Virus record (IMG/VR): IMGVR_UViG_3300030372_003529 | Location: 1 to 32,450 of that record | Length of the DNA: 32,450 nt | Direction: 5' to 3' (one strand) | Source of the DNA: a virus | Lineage: Duplodnaviria; Caudoviricetes | Shown here: in pieces, positions 9,005-17,989 of the stretch | How positions within the stretch are numbered: position 1 is the stretch's first letter | Layout: every line of letters begins with the position of its first letter | The notes under the pieces: generated by a model | Databases searched by the model: none | What the model was told of the DNA's origin: nothing | Seen by the model: the letters and a program-made list of their open reading frames with translations, nothing else | Program-made: the position numbers and the translations under genes

Positions 9005-9024
9005 TTGTATATTACAAGTATAAT
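9005..9024 (+). promoter_or_regulatory. Palindrome TTGTATATTACAA followed by TATAAT, upstream of the head-tail genes
   Basis: Same 13-bp motif as in 804-870; TATAAT at 9019-9024. Confidence 0.5.
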
Positions 9025-9049
9025 TTTATATAGATTTTAAGGGGGTTGC

Positions 9050-10009
9050 ATGGCAACTGCACCAATTTACTGTACCCATAAAGAATTAAAGCGTGTCTTT
9101 GAGGACTTAGATAAGTTTGACACTAAAGTTCAGGTGTTTGGTTGGACAGAGGTATCAACTAATAAATATGCCTCCCATAATAGTGGTTTAGTTACACAGC
9201 TTTTTGTAGATGGAGAAGATTTAGGGGCAGCACAATCTGCTCATACTGACCTTAATGTTGAAGGAGAATGGTTTTACAATTCAGCAGAAGATGTCCTTTA
9301 CTATTTTTCAGCAAGTACGCCTGCTGATAAACTAATGGAAGCAGGTGAAGAATTTACTGCTATGGTTACTCAATTTAGAACCGATGCAAGTAGATATTTA
9401 GATTCAAAGTTAGACCCTAATCTTCCTAAAAGCCAATTAAAGGATAAGTCAGGAAATTTTGACTACATAATTATTAGGACTACTGCTTTATTGGCTGCTG
9501 CGTTTATGATTAGAGCTTCAAAACCTCTAAGCGAAGAAGCTGATAGATACATGGAAGAAGCAGAAGGCAATATAGATGCACTTAATAATGGGAAGGCTGC
9601 TCTATCACATCAAAATACTTCTGATGCATCTAAAGGTGTTATCAGGGATGTTAGATATGATGGTACAGTTAGACCTGTAGATACTCGTGGTCATTATAGT
9701 GGCACATATGATTTAATAAAAATACATATAGACACTACAGGTGGGGCTATTGGAGCTGCTACATATTCTGTATGGGTTAAGGATGGCGATAAATTAGGAA
9801 TGAATGAAGGCAATCAAGTTATCGATAAAGAAATTATAAATGGAGATTATCAAGCTTTAGCAGGTGGTCTTCAGATAAGATTTGCAGGGACAGATTTTAA
9901 TTCTACTGCTGCTGTTGATGATATATGGGAAGTAGAAGTTATGGGTTGGTCAGAAGAAGTAGATGCTAATAGCTTGCAACCAATTAGAATGACACGAAGG
10001 TATCAGTAG
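9050..10009 (+). CDS. Head-tail adaptor protein with inserted domains
   Basis: YCTHKEL N-terminus and ASRYLDSKL helical adaptor-like segment; position before tail genes. Confidence 0.6.
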   Translation: MATAPIYCTHKELKRVFEDLDKFDTKVQVFGWTEVSTNKYASHNSGLVTQLFVDGEDLGAAQSAHTDLNVEGEWFYNSAEDVLYYFSASTPADKLMEAGEEFTAMVTQFRTDASRYLDSKLDPNLPKSQLKDKSGNFDYIIIRTTALLAAAFMIRASKPLSEEADRYMEEAEGNIDALNNGKAALSHQNTSDASKGVIRDVRYDGTVRPVDTRGHYSGTYDLIKIHIDTTGGAIGAATYSVWVKDGDKLGMNEGNQVIDKEIINGDYQALAGGLQIRFAGTDFNSTAAVDDIWEVEVMGWSEEVDANSLQPIRMTRRYQ

Positions 10010-10462
10010 ATGCCTACTTTATCATCAGGTGGAACATTTGAAAATAATTGGAAGAATATTCTTGATAAACTAAGGAGTGTTCTTCGTAATGAATATGGTA
10101 ATACTGTACCTGTATTTATAGGGGATGAGGAAGCCAATGCAGGGAGTCAGTTTATTCGCCTTGAACCTGTAGGTAGTGAGTTAGTAGAGTATGCAGTTAC
10201 ATCTGAAATAAGGGAATTTACTATAAATGTTTATTATGTTTTTTCAGGTGCAAATGTTAAGAAAACTGCTCTTGACCATATTTTAAGATTTGTATCAAGA
10301 ACTGAAGCATTGATCCATGATAATGTTACTATGACACTATCTGATAATAGTAGTTCATATAATTGCAGGTTTGATTCTACTGAGCTTGGTACAGATGATG
10401 AAGAAAATGTTTATATAGTTAGTTGGGTGTGGAAATGCCTACATAGAGCAAATTTATCATAG
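10010..10462 (+). CDS. Tail terminator or completion protein
   Basis: About 150 aa alpha/beta pattern; position upstream of the tail tube gene. Confidence 0.55.
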   Translation: MPTLSSGGTFENNWKNILDKLRSVLRNEYGNTVPVFIGDEEANAGSQFIRLEPVGSELVEYAVTSEIREFTINVYYVFSGANVKKTALDHILRFVSRTEALIHDNVTMTLSDNSSSYNCRFDSTELGTDDEENVYIVSWVWKCLHRANLS

Positions 10463-10470
10463 GAGATAAT

Positions 10471-10656
10471 ATGAAAAAATATAAGGCAAAGAAATCATAT
10501 TTTGACCTTCCTGATGGGGAAAATCTTCTTTCTCTTGGGATGGCATCAAAACATGTTTGGCTATCAGAAGGATTAGAAATAGCATTAAATGATTTACCTA
10601 AAGATTTAGAAGGACATTTGTCTGAAGTAAAATCAAAAAAGAAAGAGAGTGAATAA
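10471..10656 (+). CDS. Hypothetical protein
   Basis: AGGAG RBS; coupled to the tail tube gene. Confidence 0.7.
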   Translation: MKKYKAKKSYFDLPDGENLLSLGMASKHVWLSEGLEIALNDLPKDLEGHLSEVKSKKKESE

Positions 10657-11666
10657 TGGCAAGTGCAAACTTTCAAACAACTAAAAATACAAGAGTCCTT
10701 ATAGGCACAGAGGTTACTTTAGGGACTGCTGCTGTAGCAGACTGTGCAGCAGTTGCTATTCCTGTAACTGATTATAGTTTTGGAGAAATAGGGGCAGGAG
10801 GTCAAACTTTAGATGTTGCTCCACTAAGGGCAGGAATAGGAGGGCAAAATTTAAGCGATGATATGGTTAAAGCAAAACGACATGATAGAATGTATGAAGT
10901 GTCTTTAACTTTTCATTGTACAGATTTAGCTGTAAAAAGAGTTACTAAAAACCTTTTTGAAGATGGGGCTGCAGGTGGAATAGCAAGTCTATTGGGTAGT
11001 ATGCCCACAACAAGTCATTACAAACATGGTGTTAGCAATGTACATCCTGTAAGTATTATTATCGAGAATGCAGGACACGCAGGTAATGCTACTGATATGG
11101 TATTTTTTGGGGCAATGTGTACCAATTTAAGTTTTAGTGGAAGCATAGATGGTGATGGTGGAGTTGTTATGTGTACAGCAACATTTGTAACAGGTTATCT
11201 CCCAACAGCAACAACAAATCTAACTTATACTGTTGCTACTGCTATATCGGCTCAGCAAACTGTGTTTAATATGCACGACTTGACAGCTAAAACCTTAAAT
11301 TCTCAAGACTTAACTCTTTATGGTTTTGAATTAAGTATTTCAAGAGAGGTTAATAGAATCTCATTTGATAGCAGCTCTAATTTTGCTCCTTCAGGGTATT
11401 CTATTGGAGGTTATGATGTTTCAGGAACTTTAACTTCAAAAAGAGATGACCTTTCATTGGCAGCATCAGTAGAGGGACATGCTCCTGTCGCTCTTGATTT
11501 AGATACAGGAGTTTATCAAATATTAGCACCTACTTGTATAATTGATACTACATCTATAAGTTTTGATGAAGATGGATGGAAGCAGAGTATTCCATTTAAG
11601 TGTGCATATACAGGAGCAACTTCATCTACTATAGTATCATTTGCAGGTACAGCATCAGATTCATAA
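10656..11666 (+). CDS. Major tail (tube) protein
   Basis: IGTEVTLG N-terminus, beta-rich; precedes the chaperone and tape measure genes. Confidence 0.75.
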   Translation: MASANFQTTKNTRVLIGTEVTLGTAAVADCAAVAIPVTDYSFGEIGAGGQTLDVAPLRAGIGGQNLSDDMVKAKRHDRMYEVSLTFHCTDLAVKRVTKNLFEDGAAGGIASLLGSMPTTSHYKHGVSNVHPVSIIIENAGHAGNATDMVFFGAMCTNLSFSGSIDGDGGVVMCTATFVTGYLPTATTNLTYTVATAISAQQTVFNMHDLTAKTLNSQDLTLYGFELSISREVNRISFDSSSNFAPSGYSIGGYDVSGTLTSKRDDLSLAASVEGHAPVALDLDTGVYQILAPTCIIDTTSISFDEDGWKQSIPFKCAYTGATSSTIVSFAGTASDS

Positions 11667-11679
11667 AATAAGAGGTAAA

Positions 11680-11967
11680 ATGAAGTTAAAACTTGACTCA
11701 GGCAGAGAAGTTAAACTTAAAGATGTATCTTTAGATGATAGAGATGCAATGTTAGATAAAGTGGAGTATCAGTTTAAAGAAGATGGTACTCCCAATGGTG
11801 TAAAGATGATGCACTCAACTATTACCTTTTGGTTGCGTAAAGGATTGGATGGTGATACATCTGATGATTTTATTAAAGGATTATCATTCGAGGAAAGAAC
11901 ACAAATCTTCCTAAAGATGCAAGATAGTTTGCTCTTGGGGGAAGAGAAGCCCTCCAACTCGAAATAA
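11680..11967 (+). CDS. Tail assembly chaperone (gpG-like, 95 aa)
   Basis: ATG 11680 with GAGGT RBS; between tail tube and tape measure; ends just after a slippery site. Confidence 0.8.
   Translation: MKLKLDSGREVKLKDVSLDDRDAMLDKVEYQFKEDGTPNGVKMMHSTITFWLRKGLDGDTSDDFIKGLSFEERTQIFLKMQDSLLLGEEKPSNSK
11937..11943 (+). other. -1 programmed ribosomal frameshift site G GGG GAA
   Basis: The -1 frame is open from 11928 through 12395 and joins ORF 12057..12395. Confidence 0.75.
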
Positions 11968-12395
11968 ATGTAATCTCTGAAGGGTGTGGAGGGTGTCATT
12001 ATTGTGAATACCCATATAAAGCTCAAATTCCTGTTAAAATTAATGGTAAATACACAATGGGTGAATTTACCTGTGATGAGGATGTTTGGGATGTAATTGA
12101 CCTTTTAATAGAGGAAACAAAAGAAATGAATAGTAAGGGTAATGAGTTTGATATTGCTAAATCAGTCAATTCTCAATTGCCCTTTTTTTCGTGTAGAAAC
12201 AAAATTTTAAAGAATGAATATCAAAAAGACATACAAAGATATATTTATTGCAAGGAGTTCGGAGTTCCTGCATATAGTGGAGCATATGGTGATCAACCTT
12301 CTAAGTGGGTTGAGAAATCTTTTGTAATTAAAAATGCTCTGGCTAAAAAAGAAAAGGATTTAATAGATGGCAGCAGACAAAACAATAACGATTAA
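11937..12395 (+). CDS. Frameshift extension (gpT-like part of the gpGT fusion)
   Basis: 40 sense codons precede ATG 12057 in frame (GGREALQLEINVISEGCGGCHYCEYPYK...). Confidence 0.7.
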   Translation, partial: GGREALQLEINVISEGCGGCHYCEYPYKAQIPVKINGKYTMGEFTCDEDVWDVIDLLIEETKEMNSKGNEFDIAKSVNSQLPFFSCRNKILKNEYQKDIQRYIYCKEFGVPAYSGAYGDQPSKWVEKSFVIKNALAKKEKDLIDGSRQNNND

Positions 12396-14202
12396 TTTTG
12401 TCCCTAAAGGGGATGCCAAATTAATCGCAGCCTTTCAGGGTCTTGCAAAGGCACAAAAAAAGTTTAATGGGGCGACTAAAGATGGAGAGAAAGGCTTAAA
12501 AAGCTATGGCAAGGGTCAGGGGGGGCTTCTTAGGAATAATAGGCTTCTTGATAATTCTTTTGCCACTCTTCGCTCTAAGATGTTATTATTTAATTTTGCT
12601 ATGGCTATGGGTATTAAGCAGCTTGGTTCATTTATAAAAGAGTCTGCAAAGGTAGAGTCAATGGGCAGGGCATTCTTTACATTGTCAGGAGGGGCTGAAT
12701 CAAGCACTATTGCAATGAGCAGGCTAAAAGAAGCTACAAATGGAACAATGAGTCAATTTGATTTATTTCAACAAGCTAATAATGCTATGGTTCTTGGGAT
12801 TACTAAAAATTCATCTGAAATGGCTGAGATGTTTGACATTGCTCAAAGACTTGGTAGGGCATTGGGCAAAGATACAGCATCCTCTGTTGAGTCTTTAATT
12901 ACAGGTATTGGTCGTCAATCTCGGCTCATGCTTGATAATATTGGTATTATAGTAAAGGCAGATGAGGCCTATAGAGATTATGCAAACAAAATTGGTACAA
13001 CTGCTGATAAATTATCTGATGCAGATAAGAAAACAGCTTTTTTACAAGCTACAATGTCATCGGCAAGGGCAAAAGTTGCATTATTAGGAGATGAAGTTAA
13101 TACATCGCAAGATTCTTTTGATAGGTTAGCTACAGCAGTCAAAGATGCCTCTATTGCTTTAGGATCTACATTTAAAAGTGCTTTATCAGGGGTAATAGAT
13201 GCTTTTTTATTAGAAGAAGAAGAAGCTAAGAATAATTCAGAAGCTATTGACGATACTGTAAAATCACATGACCTCTTATTTAAGTCGTCAAATTTTTTAG
13301 AAAATGGTTTAAAGAATTTACAAAAATCACTAAGTGGTAATACAGAAGCTGTACAAGACAATGTTAATGCCAACATAAATCTTGCAGATTCAATGACATT
13401 TGTTGATTTAATTGGTAAAGCAAGAGATGAAGAGAATCGTGCAAGAACATTAAGAACACTTGCAAGACTTGATGCCGAAGAACAGGCAAGAATAAGAAAT
13501 GATATGGGGTTAAGGGCATCTCAAGAAAACGCTATTGCTAAAGATATAGAGTTCTCAGATGGACTTACACAGAGGAGTAGAATGGTTGCTCAAGCTCAGA
13601 GGCAAACCTCAGAAGAGTTCAAGACAGGGTTGCTGACTGAAGAAGAGGCGATGGAAAGATTTAAAAATAAAACTAAGGTGATTGATGCAACTATTCTTCA
13701 ATCTAAAGCAAACTCAGTTTCAGGCATGATAGGGGCTTTAGGAAAATTAAATCAAGCAGCAGGTGGAAGCTCAAAGGCATCAGCAAGAATGGCTCAAGTA
13801 TCTGCTACGATTGATGCTTTAGCAGGTGCTAATAAGGCATTTGCACAAGGAGGTATATTTGGATTTTCTACAGGGGCTGCAATACTTGCTTCAGGGATGG
13901 CAAATGTTGTTCAAATTGAGAAAAACATAGGAAAATTTGAGCAAGGTGGACTTGTTGGTGGTCGTAGACACTCACAAGGTGGCACTATGATAGAAGCAGA
14001 ACAAGGTGAATTTGTTATGTCCAGAACAGCAGTACAAGCTGTAGGTGTAGAAGCCATGAATAGGATTAATCAAGGTGGTGGTGCAGGAAACATTGTACTT
14101 AATATTAGTGGTAATGTAATGAGTGATGATTTTGTTGAAGACACAATTGCCCCAAAACTTAAAGAGGCTATCAGACGAGGTGCTGATATAGGAGTGTCTT
14201 AG
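12367..14202 (+). CDS. Tape measure protein (611 aa)
   Basis: Long Ala/Gly/Ser-rich helical protein, GIGRQSRLMLDNIGI segment, C-terminal FEQGGLVGGRRHSQGG...EAEQGEFV motif. Confidence 0.9.
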   Translation: MAADKTITINFVPKGDAKLIAAFQGLAKAQKKFNGATKDGEKGLKSYGKGQGGLLRNNRLLDNSFATLRSKMLLFNFAMAMGIKQLGSFIKESAKVESMGRAFFTLSGGAESSTIAMSRLKEATNGTMSQFDLFQQANNAMVLGITKNSSEMAEMFDIAQRLGRALGKDTASSVESLITGIGRQSRLMLDNIGIIVKADEAYRDYANKIGTTADKLSDADKKTAFLQATMSSARAKVALLGDEVNTSQDSFDRLATAVKDASIALGSTFKSALSGVIDAFLLEEEEAKNNSEAIDDTVKSHDLLFKSSNFLENGLKNLQKSLSGNTEAVQDNVNANINLADSMTFVDLIGKARDEENRARTLRTLARLDAEEQARIRNDMGLRASQENAIAKDIEFSDGLTQRSRMVAQAQRQTSEEFKTGLLTEEEAMERFKNKTKVIDATILQSKANSVSGMIGALGKLNQAAGGSSKASARMAQVSATIDALAGANKAFAQGGIFGFSTGAAILASGMANVVQIEKNIGKFEQGGLVGGRRHSQGGTMIEAEQGEFVMSRTAVQAVGVEAMNRINQGGGAGNIVLNISGNVMSDDFVEDTIAPKLKEAIRRGADIGVS

Positions 14203-17200
14203 TGAAAAACACACAAATATATCCTGTTATAAAGATAGGTGATGATTATTTCTCTACTAACAATACTACATTTGAAGGTAATTACTGTAAGCCTATTCTT
14301 TTAAACATACCTTCTATTAAACAAAGTGTAGATATTGAAAGCAGGAAGTTTAAGATTTCTAATGTATCTTTAGACTTATCTAACTTCCCTGTTAGTGGTG
14401 ATAGGTTTTCAGACAGACTATCTACCTCATCTTTAATTAACACAGAAGTTGTTGTATATTTTGTTCATCATAATACATCTCAAGAAGTGTACAGAGGTCA
14501 AGTAAGAAGAATATCCCACGATGATGAAAAGGTTAAAATTGAACTTGAAGATTTAACAGAACAAAAAGCACATAAGCCTTTGCCAAAGCAATCTTTAGGA
14601 GATGGTATTAATGTGCCTGATAGATATAAAAATAAGCCTATTCCTATGGTATATGGACATGTTGATAGAAGTCCTTGTGTGGTAGATTTGTCATTAGGTA
14701 ATCATATTATTCCTGATACAAATATAATAAAAGGATATGTAGCAAGTGAAAACAGTTTAATAGGTAATTGGATTTATCCACTATATATATCAAATGGAAG
14801 TTCATATGTTAATGTACCAAGATATATGCTAAGTAATTCAAACAATTTAAATAATAACTTTGGATGGGATTTAGACCAATATATAGTGGCAAATAATACA
14901 ACTGAAATAAGTTTTACAACATCCACAAAACAATATTCCTATAACTCATCTCCATTTAATAATATAGATTGCAATATAATAGAGCTTGAAAATACAGACC
15001 TTTTTACAAATAATCTTTTATTTGTAGCAAATCTATCAAGGTCAAAAACTTTTGATGTATTGCTACCTCCAAGTAATTGGGTTGGTAGTCAAGTTAATTC
15101 ATCAGTAGAAGCTACTTCAATAATAGATTTATCTCCTGATGATTTTTCAAATTTATCTAAGAATAATGAAGAATTTGTACTATTTGATAATTTTAGAACA
15201 TATAATAGTGGTAGTGATAGTTCACCTGATGATTCAGCATATCCATTTTTATTTTTTAAATATTTTATAGATAGAAGCTATGCTTTTGAGCAGGAAAAAG
15301 TATATTTTTATTTTAATGGTGTTGATATGGAAAGAGATGATAGTTTTAGGTTAGATGGCTATCATGAAAACTATGAATATACTGATATAACAGGAACATT
15401 TACTCACGATAACACCTTTTTTCAAGGTTCACCATTAGTAGATACAGGTTATCAAATGGAGTATATTGATATACAGTCTGATTTCTTAATTCAGTATAAA
15501 GTTCATCAAGAATCTGAAGGATTGGTTGAAGATTTTAATCTATGGAATATAAGTCATCTTGCAGGAACTCAAGGAACAGGATTTCAAATTAAGACAGGAA
15601 CTAATACAGATGAAGATTTAAACAATTTAACACCAACATCATTTGATGGGTTCAAATTAGGGTTTGCATTTGTGCCATTTGGTGATAGTCGTAGTCCTGA
15701 AAAAATAACTATAAAAGTAAGAGCAAAAAATTTAGATTATTGGAGATGGGGAATATCAAAAGATGTAATGAGTAGAGATTTCTATGTTAATGTGGAAGGC
15801 AGAAAAAACACACTAACAAATACTCCTCTTAGCTCTGAACAGTATCTTATCCAAAATCCTATTGATATTATTTATGATATATTAAGAAATGAACTTGGAT
15901 TAGAAAGAAATCAAATAAATGAGGTAGATTTTTTAAATGCAAGAAATCAGCATAATGATTGGAAATTTGGTTTTACTGTAAATAAAAAAATTAATTCTAA
16001 AAAACTCATAGAGGAGATTGCTAAATCTACTAAATGTTTTCCTAATTTTAGAAATGATGGCACATTTTCATTTAATGCAATAAAAGATGAGTATTCACAG
16101 CAAGATATTGACAATGCAACACTTATTAAAGAAAGTGAACTAATTAATTATTCTTTCAAGAAAACTAAGCCTGAAGATATTGTAAGTGAGGTTGGAGTTA
16201 AGTACAAAAAAGATTATGCTCAAGATTCTTACACAAAAGATGTTTTTAGCTATATAGAAGAAGAATATTATTATAGTAAATTTAGTTTATATAATAATAA
16301 TCCTGATAGGTGGGCATACTATGGGATTGAAAATCCTGAAGATGCTTTATTAGAAATTGAATCTGACTACATTAGGGATGATGAAACAGCAGCTAATTTA
16401 AGGCAATTTTTATTTGAACATCATAAGAATGACCATTTAATATTCAATGTAAAACTCCCAATATCTTATAATCAATTACAGGTTGGTGATTTAGTAAAGT
16501 TTGATAAATTGTTTAATGGGATAACTGCCTATGGAATTGATTATACACAAGAAGAAATTGTAAATGGTCAAACAAGATACCCTTTATTTATGATTACATC
16601 TATTGCAAAAAATTTAGATTCAATATCTATTGAATGTATGCAGTTGCATGAATTAAAACCTGCTGAACAACCATTTTATATGACCTATACGAATAATCAA
16701 CTCAGAATTAAAGGAAATATGATAAAAATTCATGATGAGCTGTATGAAATTCAAGTTCGTAATGGAATTGATTACAGAAATATGATTGAAAACTTTATTG
16801 GAGCATCAACTTCAACAGTACAAGATGTAAGTTACCTTACTGAACCTGAAGCATATGTTGTAGAAATAGATAATGCTCCTGAAGGAGAGAAAAGAATATT
16901 TGAAATTACCAACTTTGGATATTTAGAAGGGGAATATACAGCTTTAAGTCTTGTACCTAAAAAAGAGCATGATATAAATGATGATGGAGTTTATGATGTA
17001 CTTATAAGAGATAGTGATGTACATTATTTTGCTGATACTTCAATTAGTGAACCTACAGATACATTTATATTTATGTTTCAACCCTTTAATCCTGATTATT
17101 TAACTGACCCTGATACAAGTGTTGTGCCTACAGGAGATGTTAATTATGATGGAGAATTAAATTTGTTAGATATAGTGCAGACTTCAAATTATATAATGGG

Positions 17201-17309
17201 GAATATAGAGTTTAATGATGACCAAAGATTTCAAGCTAATTTAAATTTTGATGCAGGTGTAGGTGTACTCGATATAGTATTAATGGTAATAGCAATACTT
17301 GGTGAATAA
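14202..17309 (+). CDS. Tail hub/tip protein with a C-terminal dockerin type I domain
   Basis: PIPMVYG, NPIDIIYDIL and LQVGDLVKF tail-hub motifs; the C-terminus has a duplicated Ca-binding loop-helix. Confidence 0.8.
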   Translation: MKNTQIYPVIKIGDDYFSTNNTTFEGNYCKPILLNIPSIKQSVDIESRKFKISNVSLDLSNFPVSGDRFSDRLSTSSLINTEVVVYFVHHNTSQEVYRGQVRRISHDDEKVKIELEDLTEQKAHKPLPKQSLGDGINVPDRYKNKPIPMVYGHVDRSPCVVDLSLGNHIIPDTNIIKGYVASENSLIGNWIYPLYISNGSSYVNVPRYMLSNSNNLNNNFGWDLDQYIVANNTTEISFTTSTKQYSYNSSPFNNIDCNIIELENTDLFTNNLLFVANLSRSKTFDVLLPPSNWVGSQVNSSVEATSIIDLSPDDFSNLSKNNEEFVLFDNFRTYNSGSDSSPDDSAYPFLFFKYFIDRSYAFEQEKVYFYFNGVDMERDDSFRLDGYHENYEYTDITGTFTHDNTFFQGSPLVDTGYQMEYIDIQSDFLIQYKVHQESEGLVEDFNLWNISHLAGTQGTGFQIKTGTNTDEDLNNLTPTSFDGFKLGFAFVPFGDSRSPEKITIKVRAKNLDYWRWGISKDVMSRDFYVNVEGRKNTLTNTPLSSEQYLIQNPIDIIYDILRNELGLERNQINEVDFLNARNQHNDWKFGFTVNKKINSKKLIEEIAKSTKCFPNFRNDGTFSFNAIKDEYSQQDIDNATLIKESELINYSFKKTKPEDIVSEVGVKYKKDYAQDSYTKDVFSYIEEEYYYSKFSLYNNNPDRWAYYGIENPEDALLEIESDYIRDDETAANLRQFLFEHHKNDHLIFNVKLPISYNQLQVGDLVKFDKLFNGITAYGIDYTQEEIVNGQTRYPLFMITSIAKNLDSISIECMQLHELKPAEQPFYMTYTNNQLRIKGNMIKIHDELYEIQVRNGIDYRNMIENFIGASTSTVQDVSYLTEPEAYVVEIDNAPEGEKRIFEITNFGYLEGEYTALSLVPKKEHDINDDGVYDVLIRDSDVHYFADTSISEPTDTFIFMFQPFNPDYLTDPDTSVVPTGDVNYDGELNLLDIVQTSNYIMGNIEFNDDQRFQANLNFDAGVGVLDIVLMVIAILGE
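17133..17306 (+). other. Dockerin-like domain
   Basis: GDVNYDGELNLLDIVQTSNYIMG...QANLNFDAGVGVLDIVLMVIAILG: canonical GDxNxDGxxNxxD repeat plus a degenerate second repeat. Confidence 0.8.
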
Positions 17310-17329
17310 ATTATAAATAGAGATTTATT

Positions 17330-17989
17330 ATGATAACTTATGGAAATGGTGAAGTTTTATTTGATGGCAATGCCAAAGGATTTGAATTAAGGTATAAAGG
17401 TACAATTAGAATTACAAATAGCCCTGACAACCTTTTCTTATCTGCAAATAAAAACAAAATTATAGGTGTAATGCTTGATGGTACAGACATGCCTTCTGAA
17501 TTATTTAATTATGTAGGTAAACTTAGAGTTTTATCTTGCAAATCTGTAAAAGGCAATGATTTACAAGGAGAAGAAATCACATTACAAGGAGTTGATTATT
17601 GGGAGTTAGACAATGAAAAATGGGAAGATGATGGTTCATTATGGGGTACAAGAAATGGCACTTATTTAGTAGGCTCTGAGCAAACATTTAACAAACATAG
17701 TATTGTTGTAAATAATAACATTAAAACACAATTTGAAGGTCAATATGAATATAGTGATGGTACACCTGTACCTGCTAATGAGTTAATACATATACACGCA
17801 GATGGTGTTACTATGACAGGTGGAGTGCATACTGAAGATTCAGTTGAAATATATCCTCCAAAAGATAGAAAACCAATAACAAGACAACAAATTTTACAAA
17901 TTAGACAAGCCACAACTCCTACAACTACAACTTATACAAGTTCAGGTAGTAGTTCAGGTAGTAGTTCAGGTGGTGGAGGAGGATATTAA
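17330..17989 (+). CDS. Tail-associated protein with a putative cohesin-like N-terminal beta domain and a Ser/Gly tail
   Basis: First ~87 aa (GNAKGFELRYKG...NKIIGVMLDG...LFNYVG); His motif HIHADG..MTGGVH; ends TTTTYTSSGSSSGSSSGGGGGY. Confidence 0.55.
   Translation: MITYGNGEVLFDGNAKGFELRYKGTIRITNSPDNLFLSANKNKIIGVMLDGTDMPSELFNYVGKLRVLSCKSVKGNDLQGEEITLQGVDYWELDNEKWEDDGSLWGTRNGTYLVGSEQTFNKHSIVVNNNIKTQFEGQYEYSDGTPVPANELIHIHADGVTMTGGVHTEDSVEIYPPKDRKPITRQQILQIRQATTPTTTTYTSSGSSSGSSSGGGGGY
17939..17971 (+). repeat. 12-bp coding tandem repeat AGTTCAGGTAGT x2.75
   Basis: Copies at 17939, 17951 and 17963 (partial); encodes SSGS repeats. Confidence 0.8.

Noticed and set aside
846-14214. Minus-strand ORFs within the structural operon (846, 1523, 3655, 5372, 5677, 6893, 7919, 8577, 10419, 11769, 12516, 12978, 13972)
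   Set aside because: Antisense shadows of well-supported + strand genes.
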